DNA of 64,000 nt from assembly GCA_963785845.1 (NCBI GenBank), contig CAWAWP010000003.1:479521-543520 (forward strand), given 5' to 3'. Below the pieces are notes generated by a model. It was given only the letters and a program-made list of their open reading frames with translations. It ran no database searches and had not been told where the DNA came from. The position numbers and the translations under genes were made by a program. This document shows, in pieces, positions 23,162 through 34,854 of this stretch (the first letter of the stretch is position 1; each line of letters begins with the position of its first letter). Source of the stretch: an uncultured Chloroflexia bacterium. Lineage in GTDB: Bacteria > Chloroflexota > Ktedonobacteria > Ktedonobacterales > JADMIN01.

Positions 23162-23494
23162 TGGTATACTGCGCTTGAAACATGTGTTCTACTCGCGACC
23201 AAGTCGCGTCGCCGCACCATCCGCGAAAGATCGCCTCCATGCCGCTCTCACGCACGCTGCCACATCGCGCGCTCCGGTCCTTCCGTGTCGCGCCTCGCTT
23301 CGGCGGATGGTCGGCTTCCGCTCGCGCCAGAATTTCCGCCCCATGCGCCGCGCAGCGCCGCAAATGGGCTCTGCTCCCCGCAATTGGCGCCGATCGTGAC
23401 GAAAAAGCGGAAGAAAACGGAAATTGTTGCGCGGCAATCGCGTGCCATTCCCGCCGACCGGCGATCGCACGGCGGAAGAAAACGGAAAAAGCGG
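23162..23494 (+). ncRNA. Candidate SOS-regulated dispersed structured element, copy B
   Basis: TGGTATACT-N7-AAACATGTGTTC, same spacing as copy A; core motif 23398-23425; partial second core 23472-23494. Confidence 0.45.
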
Positions 23495-23504
23495 TGACGG
23501 TCGC

Positions 23505-24443
23505 TTATCCCGTCACGCCGGACTTCACCACGATATCGTTCACCACCCCGCGCACACCGGGGATGCGCTTGGCGATATCCTCCGCCGCATAGCGCGTCTT
23601 GACGTCTGGCGCGTCACCCCTCAGGATGATCAGCGCGTGCTCGCTCAGCACGTTAATGGTGTCCAATCCCTTCGCCGCCAGCGCCTCCTCGACCAGCCCC
23701 TTCAAATCCTCCAGATAGAGCAGATGATCGGCCACCTCCACCACGCCGGGCGTCTCGAGCAGTTCAGTGGTCGCCTGGTTGCCTTCCGCCCGCAGCGCCG
23801 CGCGGCCATAGAGCGAAACGCGGCCAGCTTCCACCTCGATGTTCATGTCCTGGTGGCGATGCTCGCTATACGAATAGTTGTTGATCGAGTGGACATTGCG
23901 CGCAATCGTCTCGTTCGCGCCGCGCAGAATCACGTCATCGGGCAAGAATACGGGCAGGTTGGGGTACTCGCCTGGGTCGATCCGCAGATCCAACTGCGCG
24001 ACGGCCTGGTCGCCCTGCTCCACATAATCGCCCAGCACGAGCGCCGAGGCGGGCGCCACCACCGGGTGCCGCGTCCGCAGCCCGCTCCCCGCCAGCGCGG
24101 CGACGACGAAGTGCGTGGCGAACTCCGCGCCTTTGCCATCCTTGTTCACCACGCGCACGCCCAGCAAGCCGACCTCCGCACGGCCCCGCTTGCCCTCGTG
24201 GAGCAGCCCGAACACCGTCGCCCGCGTCAGCGCGAGGTACGAGCCAGCGCCATCGGTGCCAGGGAGCGCGGCGTCGCACTCCGCCCGCCACATCGGACCC
24301 TCAGGATAGAGTCGCACGGCCACGCAGACGAGGTTCTCCGGGCTCGCCAGCGGCTTCACCGCCGGGGGCCAGTGCTCCACCTCATCAGCGCCGCGATTCG
24401 GACGCAGGTAATAGTATCGGACGGGCCCGGTGACGACGTCCAT
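23505..24443 (-). CDS. BON-domain protein (two BON domains, PRC-barrel-like N-terminus)
   Basis: GRVSLYG..PGVVEVADHL; IPGVRGVVNDI. Confidence 0.8.
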   Translation of the reverse strand: MDVVTGPVRYYYLRPNRGADEVEHWPPAVKPLASPENLVCVAVRLYPEGPMWRAECDAALPGTDGAGSYLALTRATVFGLLHEGKRGRAEVGLLGVRVVNKDGKGAEFATHFVVAALAGSGLRTRHPVVAPASALVLGDYVEQGDQAVAQLDLRIDPGEYPNLPVFLPDDVILRGANETIARNVHSINNYSYSEHRHQDMNIEVEAGRVSLYGRAALRAEGNQATTELLETPGVVEVADHLLYLEDLKGLVEEALAAKGLDTINVLSEHALIILRGDAPDVKTRYAAEDIAKRIPGVRGVVNDIVVKSGVTG

Positions 24444-24602
24444 GGCGGTTCCTTTCGGCAGGCGCAGTACGGCAAGTCTAGGGTATTTTACCGCGCACAG
24501 CCGATTTTACGCCAGACCTTCACCTCAGCACCCAGGCCGGCGCCGCATTCACTCACGCTCACCGCCAGCGAGGTGCGGCGGACGGCCCGTTTCCCGCCCG
24601 CG

Positions 24603-25310
24603 CTACGCCCGGTCGAACGAGAGGCTGCCCGCGTTCACCGTCGCGCGCAACCTGGCCCCGCGCGACGCCCCGATCGTCCCCGAGGCCGAAGCCGAGGCGA
24701 AGTGGCGGCTCACGCGAATCTGCTCGATGTCGCTGTGCAGCGATCCCGCTGTGGTCTTCGCTTCCACGGCGATACCCGCGTCGGCGGGGAAAGCGAAGCG
24801 CGCATTGCCGGCGTTGACCTGTGTTTCCAGCGTGGCTCCCTCGGCCAGTGTGCCGCGCAGCGTCAGGTTCCCAGCGTTGAGCGTCAACTGCGAGGCGCCG
24901 CGGATCGTCACGCCGATCAGGTCGACGTTGCCCGCGTTCATCTCGGCGCGCAGGCCGCAGGTGATGTCGTGCACCCGCGTGTTGCCCGCATTGAGCCGCA
25001 GGTCGAGGTCCACCGTCGCCGGCACGGTAATATCGAGGTCCACCGTGATATGCTTGAACAGCGACGTATCCACACCCCGCCCCGTGATGACACGCACGGT
25101 GTCGCCCGACTGCGTCACCTCAACCTGCAGTCGCTCGAGATCGGCCTCGGTCGCGCCTCCCATCAGGCCGCGAGCGCGCTTCGTCACCACCACGCGCATC
25201 TGCCCCGCCGCGCCCTTGGCAACCGAGACGTTGCCCGCGCGATTCTGGACTTCGAGTCGTGCCCCGTCGCCCACCGTGAACTCATGGTTCTCGCTGATCG
25301 TCGCGCTCAT
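24603..25310 (-). CDS. DUF4097 beta-strand repeat protein
   Basis: Repeated NAGN motifs; TTGACA-N17-TACTCT promoter upstream. Confidence 0.8.
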   Translation of the reverse strand: MSATISENHEFTVGDGARLEVQNRAGNVSVAKGAAGQMRVVVTKRARGLMGGATEADLERLQVEVTQSGDTVRVITGRGVDTSLFKHITVDLDITVPATVDLDLRLNAGNTRVHDITCGLRAEMNAGNVDLIGVTIRGASQLTLNAGNLTLRGTLAEGATLETQVNAGNARFAFPADAGIAVEAKTTAGSLHSDIEQIRVSRHFASASASGTIGASRGARLRATVNAGSLSFDRA

Positions 25311-25536
25311 ATCAACTCCTTGCCGCTCAACGCGCGCTAGGTTGCGCACCACGTTCGCCCGCGAGGTCGCCGGTCGCGCAGCGGAGTCCGGTGCTTGCGC
25401 TGCCCCATTGCAGACCTTCGACGTGGCATCAACTGTGCCGCACATTCACATACTATCTAGTCGGTATACGTAGAGTACACCGGACAGGACGGACTGTCAA
25501 GGTATGTCTGTGACCGGCGGGCGATGCCGGCGATGC

Positions 25537-26877
25537 TCAGTCCTCGCGAGGCTTGCCGCCCTCGCCGCGAGGGGTGCGTGCGTCGGCGCTCTTGCCCGAC
25601 GACTTCTGCGGACTCATGCCGAATCGGGCGCGGAGCGTCGCGCGCCAGCCATCCTGGGCGCCGCCATCGGTCTCCGCAGTGCCGCTGGTCCAGCGCAACG
25701 GACCGTCTCGGCGTCCGCTCGGCGCGACCGGCTGCTGCGGTCGGCTCGGTCGACGCGGCGCCGTGACGCCGGTGAGCGTCTCGATGGCGAGCCGCGCCGC
25801 CTGGCGCACGTCGAAGACGGCGTCTTCGAGCAGCGGGCGCACCAGCTCGATGGCGCTGCGGTCGTGGAGGCGACCGATGGCACGCGCCGCTCCCGCGCGC
25901 TCTTCGGAGGCGGGCGAGGCCAGATAGGGGCGAAGATCGGGTGCCAGCGGCGTCAGATCGAGGTCCGTGATCAGCCGTATCACCCGCGAGCGCTGGTTGG
26001 GGTGCCGCACGGCGGCGAGGGCAACCCGCAGCGCCTCTGCCTGCGCCTTCACATCGTTGGCGATGCCCGCCTCCGTCACGGCGACCGCGGCGGGCTTGGG
26101 ACGCGAACCTTCGAGATAGGGCACAATCCAGTCGGCCACCGGAGGCGGCGCCTCGTCGCCGAGCACCTCGTGCAGCGCCACCGCCCAGGAGTAGTGCATA
26201 GTAAGCCAACCGTAGAGCGCGAAGGTCATCTCGGCATCGCGTGAGGCATAGGCGATCATCGCCGCATTGAGCGGGCGCTTCGACCAATCCGCCCGCTGCC
26301 ACGACTTATCGAGGTGAATGCCACAGGCCCGCTGGAGCATCGTCTGCAAGCCCGACTCGCGCTGCCCAAAGATCGAGCGGCTCACGGCCTCCAGGTCAAG
26401 CGTATTCGACGCGACAAGACCGCGCGTGGCGAGCACTCGCGCGTCCGCGCCGATGCCATGAAAGAGCTTGAGGACGGCGGTATCGGCGAAGAGCGGCTCG
26501 ATCGGCGAGAGGTTGGCGAGGCGTTGCGCGTCGAGCACGTAGGAGGTGTCGTACTCATCGTCGGCGGCCAGTTGCAGGAGCGAGAGCCGGTGCGTCGGTT
26601 GATCCGGGGTGCGCACGCGAGGCTGGCTAAACTCGGCATCGAGCGCCACCACCCGCGCCGAGCGCAGACGCGCGACGGCCTTGGCGAGATCCGCGGGGCG
26701 CTCGACGTAGAGGCGGTGCTTCCAGGCGGGAGCGGGCATCGGGGGGGCGGCGGTTCCACGATAACTGGTATCTTCGACGGGGGCGGTGGAGTCGCGACGG
26801 GCAGGGTGGCCCGCCGGGGCTGGTCGGCGTGGCGACGAGTGCTCCGCGTCGCGACCTTGCCGGTCGCTTCTCACCAT
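25537..26877 (-). CDS. RNase D-like DEDDy 3'-5' exonuclease fused to HEAT repeats
   Basis: ALDAEF, KLFHGIGAD, ADWSKRPL, YASRDA; HEAT pattern EERAGAARAIGRL / DVRQAARLAI. Confidence 0.85.
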   Translation of the reverse strand: MVRSDRQGRDAEHSSPRRPAPAGHPARRDSTAPVEDTSYRGTAAPPMPAPAWKHRLYVERPADLAKAVARLRSARVVALDAEFSQPRVRTPDQPTHRLSLLQLAADDEYDTSYVLDAQRLANLSPIEPLFADTAVLKLFHGIGADARVLATRGLVASNTLDLEAVSRSIFGQRESGLQTMLQRACGIHLDKSWQRADWSKRPLNAAMIAYASRDAEMTFALYGWLTMHYSWAVALHEVLGDEAPPPVADWIVPYLEGSRPKPAAVAVTEAGIANDVKAQAEALRVALAAVRHPNQRSRVIRLITDLDLTPLAPDLRPYLASPASEERAGAARAIGRLHDRSAIELVRPLLEDAVFDVRQAARLAIETLTGVTAPRRPSRPQQPVAPSGRRDGPLRWTSGTAETDGGAQDGWRATLRARFGMSPQKSSGKSADARTPRGEGGKPRED

Positions 26878-27297
26878 GACTTTCCCAATTCTGATTCAGC
26901 CGCTTCCCTATCGCTTCCTGCACAGTATACGCCGACGCGCAGCGAGATGCCCATCCAGGCGTGCTGACTGCGCTCCGCTCCGGGCACACGAGCGCGGGCC
27001 ACGCAGATGGTTGCGCGGCGCAGAACCGGCAGTACCGATCGGCTCGTGGTTCGTTAGAAACTTTAGGGGCATTCTGTGTCGCGTGCGGTGGTCCTATGCG
27101 GATTCGCAGCCGTTGACCGCTGGACGCCGGTTTGCTACACTGCCCAGGTATTGTTCAGCGCTCTCTTCCCAGTTCGGCGCCGCGGGCCGCTCTACCCTCG
27201 GCGCGGGCGTAAGCCCTCGGTATTATCCACCGCCGCGCCGGTGTAGCTCGCAATTCTCCCGACATTTTCTCTGGATTTGAAGGAGGCGCCGCGTTTG

Positions 27298-28737
27298 ATG
27301 GCGAGAATCCACACAGCCCATTCGCTCGAGCACGAGCGCTCCGCGTCGCCGAATGCCAGCCCGCGACGCGCACGACGGACCCGCCTGGCCCTGGTGTTGC
27401 CGATGCTGGCGTTGGCGCTCTCGCTGTTGATGCCTGGGGTCGTCTCGGCGCAGGGCGCGGCCCCCGCGCTGCCTCTGGGCGGCGGCGGCGGCTCGCAGTG
27501 CGTGCAGCATCCCGGCGACTGCGTTTCGGCGACACCAGGCTACGGCTCCAGCGGCACCACGGTGACGGTCCGCGGCACGAATCTGCCGCCGAATGACAAG
27601 ATCACCGTTGGGTATGGCCAGAAAGATTGCACTACCGGCGTCGTGACGATCACCGAGGCCACTGGCAGCACCGACGGCAGCGGCAATGTCACCATCTCCT
27701 TCCCCTGGCCGACGGTTGCCGCCGGCACCTACACGATCTGCGTGACCGACACCTCCACTGGCCAGACGTATCCGACGACCGGCGGCTTCCAGGTGCTGAC
27801 GCCGGCGCTGAGTGTCACACCAGACCCGGTGATCGCCAGCAGCACGGTGACCGTCTCGGGCACCGGCTTCCAGCCTTCGACGACGAGCGGCGACTCGGTC
27901 GAGCTGTTCTACGCTCCCGCGGGATCGACCGGTGAAGCGGCGTGCGTCAACGACCAGGGCAGCTTCACCGTTGCCGCCGACGGCACGTTCTCGACGACCT
28001 TCAGCGCACCGTTCGAGACGACCAGCACGCAGATTCTGGTGACGGCGGTGCAGCCAGCGAAGAGCTGCGGCGCCACGCCAAGCCTGATCGCCCAGAAGAC
28101 GATCACGGTGAACCCAAAGACCACCGTGATCTACACGCCGACGATCACGGTGCCCAGTTCGGTGAATTCTGGCGCGTCTGTCACCGTCACCGGCAAAGAC
28201 TTCAAGAACGCTGACGGCACCGGCTCCGGTACTGTCGAGATCCTCTACGGCAACGCCGACTCCAATGGCTGCACCAACAGCGTGGCGACGGCGACGGTCG
28301 CCGCCGATGGCACCTTCTCGGCCACGTTCAACGCGCCGAGCGTTAATTCGGATACGACGCTGAAGGTCGAAGCGGTAGAGCCGAAGGGCTCGTGCGGCGC
28401 TAGCCCTGCCCTCGCGGCAACGTCGACGCTGCACATTGTGCCCCAGGCCGGTCTGCCGGGTGGACCGCTAGCGGTGGTCTTCTGCCTCGTCGGACTGCTG
28501 CTGTTGCTGCTACTGCTGTTGCTGCTGCTGTTGCTGCTGCGCCGCCGCAACCAACAACAGCCGGTGACGCTCGAAGAGCAGGATCAGGTGGTGGTCAACT
28601 CCGGCGGCCAGGGCGGCACGGCAGTGCAGCGCAACATCAATGCGCGTGACGCTCGCGGCAACGTCACTCCGGTGGCGCAAGAAACCTACCGCACGGACGA
28701 GGAGTTCGTTCCCGATCAGGGCCAGGGCCACCCATAG
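27298..28737 (+). CDS. Surface protein: signal peptide, about three Ig-like domains with paired Cys, C-terminal TM anchor
   Basis: Thr/Ser-rich repeated beta domains (TVTVSGTGF, ADGTFS); poly-Leu TM followed by RRR. Confidence 0.8.
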   Translation: MARIHTAHSLEHERSASPNASPRRARRTRLALVLPMLALALSLLMPGVVSAQGAAPALPLGGGGGSQCVQHPGDCVSATPGYGSSGTTVTVRGTNLPPNDKITVGYGQKDCTTGVVTITEATGSTDGSGNVTISFPWPTVAAGTYTICVTDTSTGQTYPTTGGFQVLTPALSVTPDPVIASSTVTVSGTGFQPSTTSGDSVELFYAPAGSTGEAACVNDQGSFTVAADGTFSTTFSAPFETTSTQILVTAVQPAKSCGATPSLIAQKTITVNPKTTVIYTPTITVPSSVNSGASVTVTGKDFKNADGTGSGTVEILYGNADSNGCTNSVATATVAADGTFSATFNAPSVNSDTTLKVEAVEPKGSCGASPALAATSTLHIVPQAGLPGGPLAVVFCLVGLLLLLLLLLLLLLLLRRRNQQQPVTLEEQDQVVVNSGGQGGTAVQRNINARDARGNVTPVAQETYRTDEEFVPDQGQGHP

Positions 28738-28973
28738 CTCTGCTGACTGTGACCTTACCCAACACGCCGCCCCGGATGAGCACACCACGCTCGACCGGGG
28801 CGGTTTGCTTTGTGGCTCGCTCGCCATGCGGCACATGGTGCGGGAGAGGGGCAGGCGCTGAGCAGGCGCGGCGTGGTTCGGTATGCTGCGCGCGGCGCGT
28901 TCACCGAGCGCGGGGTAGCCCGCCATCACGATGCATGGGACGTGCACGCGATGCTGCGGCGCCAGGGCCGGCG

Positions 28974-30666
28974 CTATTCGATGTTCTGAAGCCAGGGTGG
29001 CAGAGCGCTCGGCACGGTGGCGTCCTCGTCGCCAGCAGGCGGCTCTGGCTCGGCGGCGGCGCTTTCGGTTTCGCGGAGCCAGGGCGGCAGGTCGACGGGT
29101 TGGATCGAGATCGGAAGCGGAGAGCGGCGTGGAGACGTCGGGCGTGGCGCTTGTGGTATCTGTGGTGCCTATGGCACTTGTAGCCTGCGCCTGGAGCCAC
29201 GCGGGCAGCGCGCTGGAGGCGGGTCCGCGCTCGGGAACCGGGGCGGCCACGGAGAGATCGGGCCAATCTTCGGAGGCGGGTATTGGGCCAGTGACACGAT
29301 TGGTGCCACGGGGGACGGTCGGTGCGGGCGGTCGGTCGTCGGGTGGCGGCGCAAGCGGGCCTGACGGCGGTACGGGATTGGGCTGTGCTTGCGTGAAGAC
29401 CGGCGGCAGGCTCATGCGGCCAGGCTGCAGCGCAGCATCCAACTCGGCGGGGATAGTCCAGGCGGGCGTGGGCGGGTTGGCGTGTGGCGTGGGATCGTGG
29501 TGGGCCACGGGCGGCCCGAACGGGAATGGGCGCTCAGGCTGCGGCGCGGGCGCGGGCAGGGCGCGCTGCCTATCACTTGCTTCGTCGAGGTTATAGCCGG
29601 CGGTGCGCACGGTCGTTGGCGGCGGGATCGAGCGCAGGCGCGCGAGTTCGACGAGGACTTCGTCGAAAGGCGTGCCGGTGTAGTTGGGCGGCGTGTAGGG
29701 TCCGCCAGCGCGAAGGCGACGCAGGGCGATGGCGAGTTCGTGCGAAGCGGCGTCGACGCGCGTGCGTTGATCGGCCTCTCGCGACATGCGTGAGATGCGG
29801 TCGAGCAGAAGGTTGAGGCTGAGGGCGACGGGAAGCAACTCGCCCTCGGTAATGTTGGCGCGTGCGTCCCACTGTCCGCGGGCGACGGCGGTATGGACGG
29901 CCTGGAGCTGGCCGATGCCCTGTTGCAGGCGATAGCGTTGCAACTCAAGCGAGCGCGCCTGAGCCTGGATCTGCTCGTTGGCGGTGGCGAGTTCGTCGGC
30001 GCGCGAGGCTTCGAGCAGCGCGCGGCGGACGCTATCCGCGCCAAGCCAGGCGGCGGTGGCGGCGAGCAGTTGTATGGCGATCGGCACGGCGATGACGTCG
30101 TAGACCGAGCCGAGGATAGCATCCTTGTAGTGGCCGTCCCAATAGTGCTGCAACTCCGGGGTGTGGGGAAGGATCAAGAGCGAACCGGCGGTGAAGATAA
30201 TGGCGAGACCACCGAAAATAGCTGGTCCTCGCCGGCCCACGAGCACCGCGGAGACGACGATGGGGAGGATGAACAGGTCGTAGAGACGGAGATCCGAGAG
30301 GTCGATACCATGCTGAACCTGCGCCTTGGCGATGACTTCCCAGGCGACGGCGGCGGAGAGGCCGAAGAGTAGCGCGAAGCTGCCCGCGCCAATCTGCTCG
30401 GCCTGGTTGAGGAGGAAGGCGGCGAGCGTGCCGATGAAGGCGAGGATCAGCGCGATCAAGCTGACTTTATCGAGGGTGGGAATCAGCGCGGTTGGGATAA
30501 GGATGAGGACGGGGATCAGCACGCCGAGTGAGATGATGCGGAGTAACCTGCCGCGGCGACGCTGCTCGTGGACGCGGAGCAGTTCGAGTGGCGAGAGCAG
30601 CGCGCTGGAGTCGTCCCGCGCGGCGAATTCAGTGGTAGCGGGGGCGTCGTCTGGATGGTTATGCAT
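28974..30666 (-). CDS. Six-TM membrane protein with coiled coil and Pro-rich tail (frameshift near 29100)
   Basis: The alternate frame gives a plausible end PVDLPPWL..SALPPWLQNIE* (stop at 28974), matching the upstream LPAWL repeat. Confidence 0.7.
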
Positions 30667-31004
30667 GCGGGCTGGTCCCTTCGCCCTGACAACTCGGTGG
30701 GCAGAGCTATTTTATCATGCGTCAGTGTCGAGGAGGGCATCCATGGCTCGTCGGCCGTCCGCATGGCGCATCGCCGGTCGTTGTAGGCGATCCTGACGGC
30801 CTATGCTAGCGGATCGCGGCAGGCTTGGCAATGGGTAGCGAGCGGAGAAGCGCGGAGGGCGGGCGATAGAGGCGAGCCGCCCAACTGCCATGGGCATGCG
30901 GTCCACAAGGGAAGCGGGAGATTGGGGGAGATTCCGACAGGCGCCCTTGACATGCGGGCAGAGGGCGTGCTACGACTAGTGACCAACGACGATAAACTGA
31001 ATAG

Positions 31005-31292
31005 CGGCCCGCGTTTCGATGAGAGAAGTAGCCGACAGGCGATCCGAGAGCGACCCGAGGAGCGTGTAAGCTCGGGAGGATGACGCCACGGCGAACGCGC
31101 TCAGCAGCGGTCGGCGGAAGAAAGCGGTCCCGAGAGTGGGACGACAGCAAGTACGCCGGAGCAGTCCATCTGCCGCAACGGACGCATGAGAGGCTGTCGC
31201 GCCGAGCGCGTGGCGGCAATGTGGGTGGCACCGCGGGGATCATTCGACCCTCGTCCCTACGTCGAAAGTGACGTATTGGACGGGGGTTTTCC
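31005..31292 (+). ncRNA. T-box riboswitch (Arg specifier CGC)
   Basis: AATGTGGGTGGCACCGCG at 31218-31235; GAA-CGC specifier 31096-31098; terminator ACCCTCGTCC/GGACGGGGGT-TTT; TTGACA at 30947. Confidence 0.9.
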
Positions 31293-31931
31293 GTTGTTAT
31301 TGGACGTTGTAGCCAAGGCGCTCACCAGTGATCGCGGCCGAAGAGAAGGGGGCGGATCGATGCGAACGTTCGCCTCAGAAGGCCGCGAGACGTCGCTGGC
31401 GCACGGAGTGCTGAGCACGCGCAGCGATGCCCGCCTCGCGCGGTGGCGCGACGATGGATGCGGACGCGCCCGTATGCTGGCTCGCTGACAGTGTCGTCAC
31501 CGCGAGCCTTCCCCCTGTAGACGTCGCCAGGGATGCGACGCACGCCGGCAACGAGGCAGTGTAGCCCGATCGCGGCGAATCGCCGAAGCGATGCTTTCCC
31601 CCAGTGCTATCCAGTGATGTTGAGTCGTGACCGTCGGCGCCACAGCTTGGCGTGAAGGTCACCGCGAATCCCGACACGGGGACCGCACCAACACCAACGA
31701 TCCCAGGGAAATCGAGTGACGCCGGACCGCGCCGTAGTGTTGGCGCCACAGCCACACCGCCCCTAGTGGGCGCGTGAAGCAACATGTGTAGCGGACCGCG
31801 AAGCGAATCCCGTTGATGCTGCTCGGTGGACGCATTGGCCCCAGTATACCCAGGCAGATCCGCGCACCGGACCCGCGGCGAACGCTAGCCTTCGTCCGCG
31901 ATGCCAACGCGCGGTAGAGAAGAATGAGACG

Positions 31932-33353
31932 ATGACGAAACTCTGGTCGAAAGGCTACAACCTCGATCCCGCCGTGGAGCACTTCGGCGCGGCGCGCAAT
32001 GTGGCGCTCGACGCCGAACTGGCGCGTCACGATCTCTGGGGATCGCTGGCGCACGCGCGGATGCTGCACGCCGTTGGACTACTAGACGACGCCGAGTGGG
32101 CAGCACTGGACGAGGCGCTTCGCGCGCTGTTGGGAGAGGCCGAGCGTGGCGCACTGCAGCCGGCGCCCGCGGATGAGGACATCCATACGACGATCGAGAA
32201 CGCGCTGATCGAGCGGGTGGGCGCGGCGGGCAAGCAACTGCACACCGGGCGATCGCGCAACGATCAGGTGCTGCTCGATCTGCGGCTCTACGCCAAGGAG
32301 GCTGTGCTCCACCTCGCGGAGTCCGCGCTGGACCTGGCGGCGGCGTTTCAGACGCTGGCGGCGGCACACGAGTGGACGCCAATGCCCGGCTACACGCATA
32401 TGCAGCGCGCAATGCTCTCATCCGTCGGGCTTTGGGCTTCGTCGTATGCCGAGGCGCTGCTGGACGACTGCGCGGCGCTGGCGATGGCGTACACGCTCAA
32501 CGATCAGTCGCCACTTGGCTCGGCGGCGGCGTATGGCGTGGCGCTGCCGCTGGACCGCGACTATGTCGCTCGCGCGCTGGGCTTCGCGCGGACGCATCAC
32601 AACGTGCTGACGGCGGCGAACGCGCGCGGCAAATTCGAGGCGGCGGTGGTGCAGGCGGTGGCGCTGGTGATGCTGGACCTCAGCAAGTTCGCGCAGGACG
32701 TGCTGCTCTTCACCACGCGCGAATTCGGGTTCTTCCGCGTGCCGGCGGAACTCTGCGACGGCAGCAGCATCATGCCGCAGAAGCGCAACCTCAGCGCGCT
32801 GGAGTTGATCCGCGCGCGGGCGCACACGGTGATCGCGTTGCAGGGGCAGATGCTTTCGACGCTCGCCGGACTGCCTTCCGGCTACAACATGGACTATCAG
32901 GAGACCAAGGCTCCGCTGCTAGAGGCCGTGCGGATCTGCCGCGAGAGTCTGACCGTCGCGCGGCTCTTCGCCAACGGACTTGTGCCGGATGGCGAGCGGC
33001 TGGCGGCGGCGTGCAGCGCGGAGTTGTTCGCCACAGACCACGCCTACGCACTGACGGCTGGCGGTGTCCCGTTTCGCGACGCCTACCGCCAGGTCGCGGC
33101 GATGCCCGACGCCGAGGCGCCCGGCGATCTCGTCGCGCGGCTGCGCGCCCGTAGCGCCGAGGGTGCGCCCGGCAATCTGGGGCTAGAAGGCGTCGCCCGC
33201 CGCATCGCTGGCGAGCGCGAGCAGTGGCGACAGCGACGCGACACCTTCACCTCGGCGCTGGCGCGGCTGGCAGTCGGCGCGGCGGATTCCTCTGCGGAGG
33301 CGGCGATCAGCGCCGCGCCCGCCGTCCCGCGGGATATCGTCCTCGGCATTTAG
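31932..33353 (+). CDS. argH: Argininosuccinate lyase
   Basis: HTGRSRNDQV, MPGYTHMQRA, GSSIMPQKRN. Confidence 0.96.
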   Translation: MTKLWSKGYNLDPAVEHFGAARNVALDAELARHDLWGSLAHARMLHAVGLLDDAEWAALDEALRALLGEAERGALQPAPADEDIHTTIENALIERVGAAGKQLHTGRSRNDQVLLDLRLYAKEAVLHLAESALDLAAAFQTLAAAHEWTPMPGYTHMQRAMLSSVGLWASSYAEALLDDCAALAMAYTLNDQSPLGSAAAYGVALPLDRDYVARALGFARTHHNVLTAANARGKFEAAVVQAVALVMLDLSKFAQDVLLFTTREFGFFRVPAELCDGSSIMPQKRNLSALELIRARAHTVIALQGQMLSTLAGLPSGYNMDYQETKAPLLEAVRICRESLTVARLFANGLVPDGERLAAACSAELFATDHAYALTAGGVPFRDAYRQVAAMPDAEAPGDLVARLRARSAEGAPGNLGLEGVARRIAGEREQWRQRRDTFTSALARLAVGAADSSAEAAISAAPAVPRDIVLGI

Positions 33354-33402
33354 CGCGACGTCCCGATAGCGTCGTCCCAAATCTGGAAAGAGAGTACGTT
33401 CC

Positions 33403-34719
<1,317 letters not shown>

Positions 34720-34854
34720 CGGGAGCGGACTTACCCCCCGCCCCTCCTCCCGCGGGGAAGCAGGATCTAGGGGCGACGTGCCTGGTGACGAACCCCCTAG
34801 CAGTGGCGGTCAAGGTAGCCGGGGCGGCAGCCTGACTAAAGGAGCGTAATCCCC

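Noticed and set aside
23398-23425. Shared peptide (D)EKAEENGN / KKRKKTEI in ORFs over the dispersed motif
   Set aside because: Identity is at nucleotide level including third positions, and the flanking ORFs share no start, length or similarity. A conserved protein is therefore unlikely.
28492-28540. CTG-rich run as a contingency repeat
   Set aside because: Mixed Leu codons encode a TM helix, so it is not a pure microsatellite.
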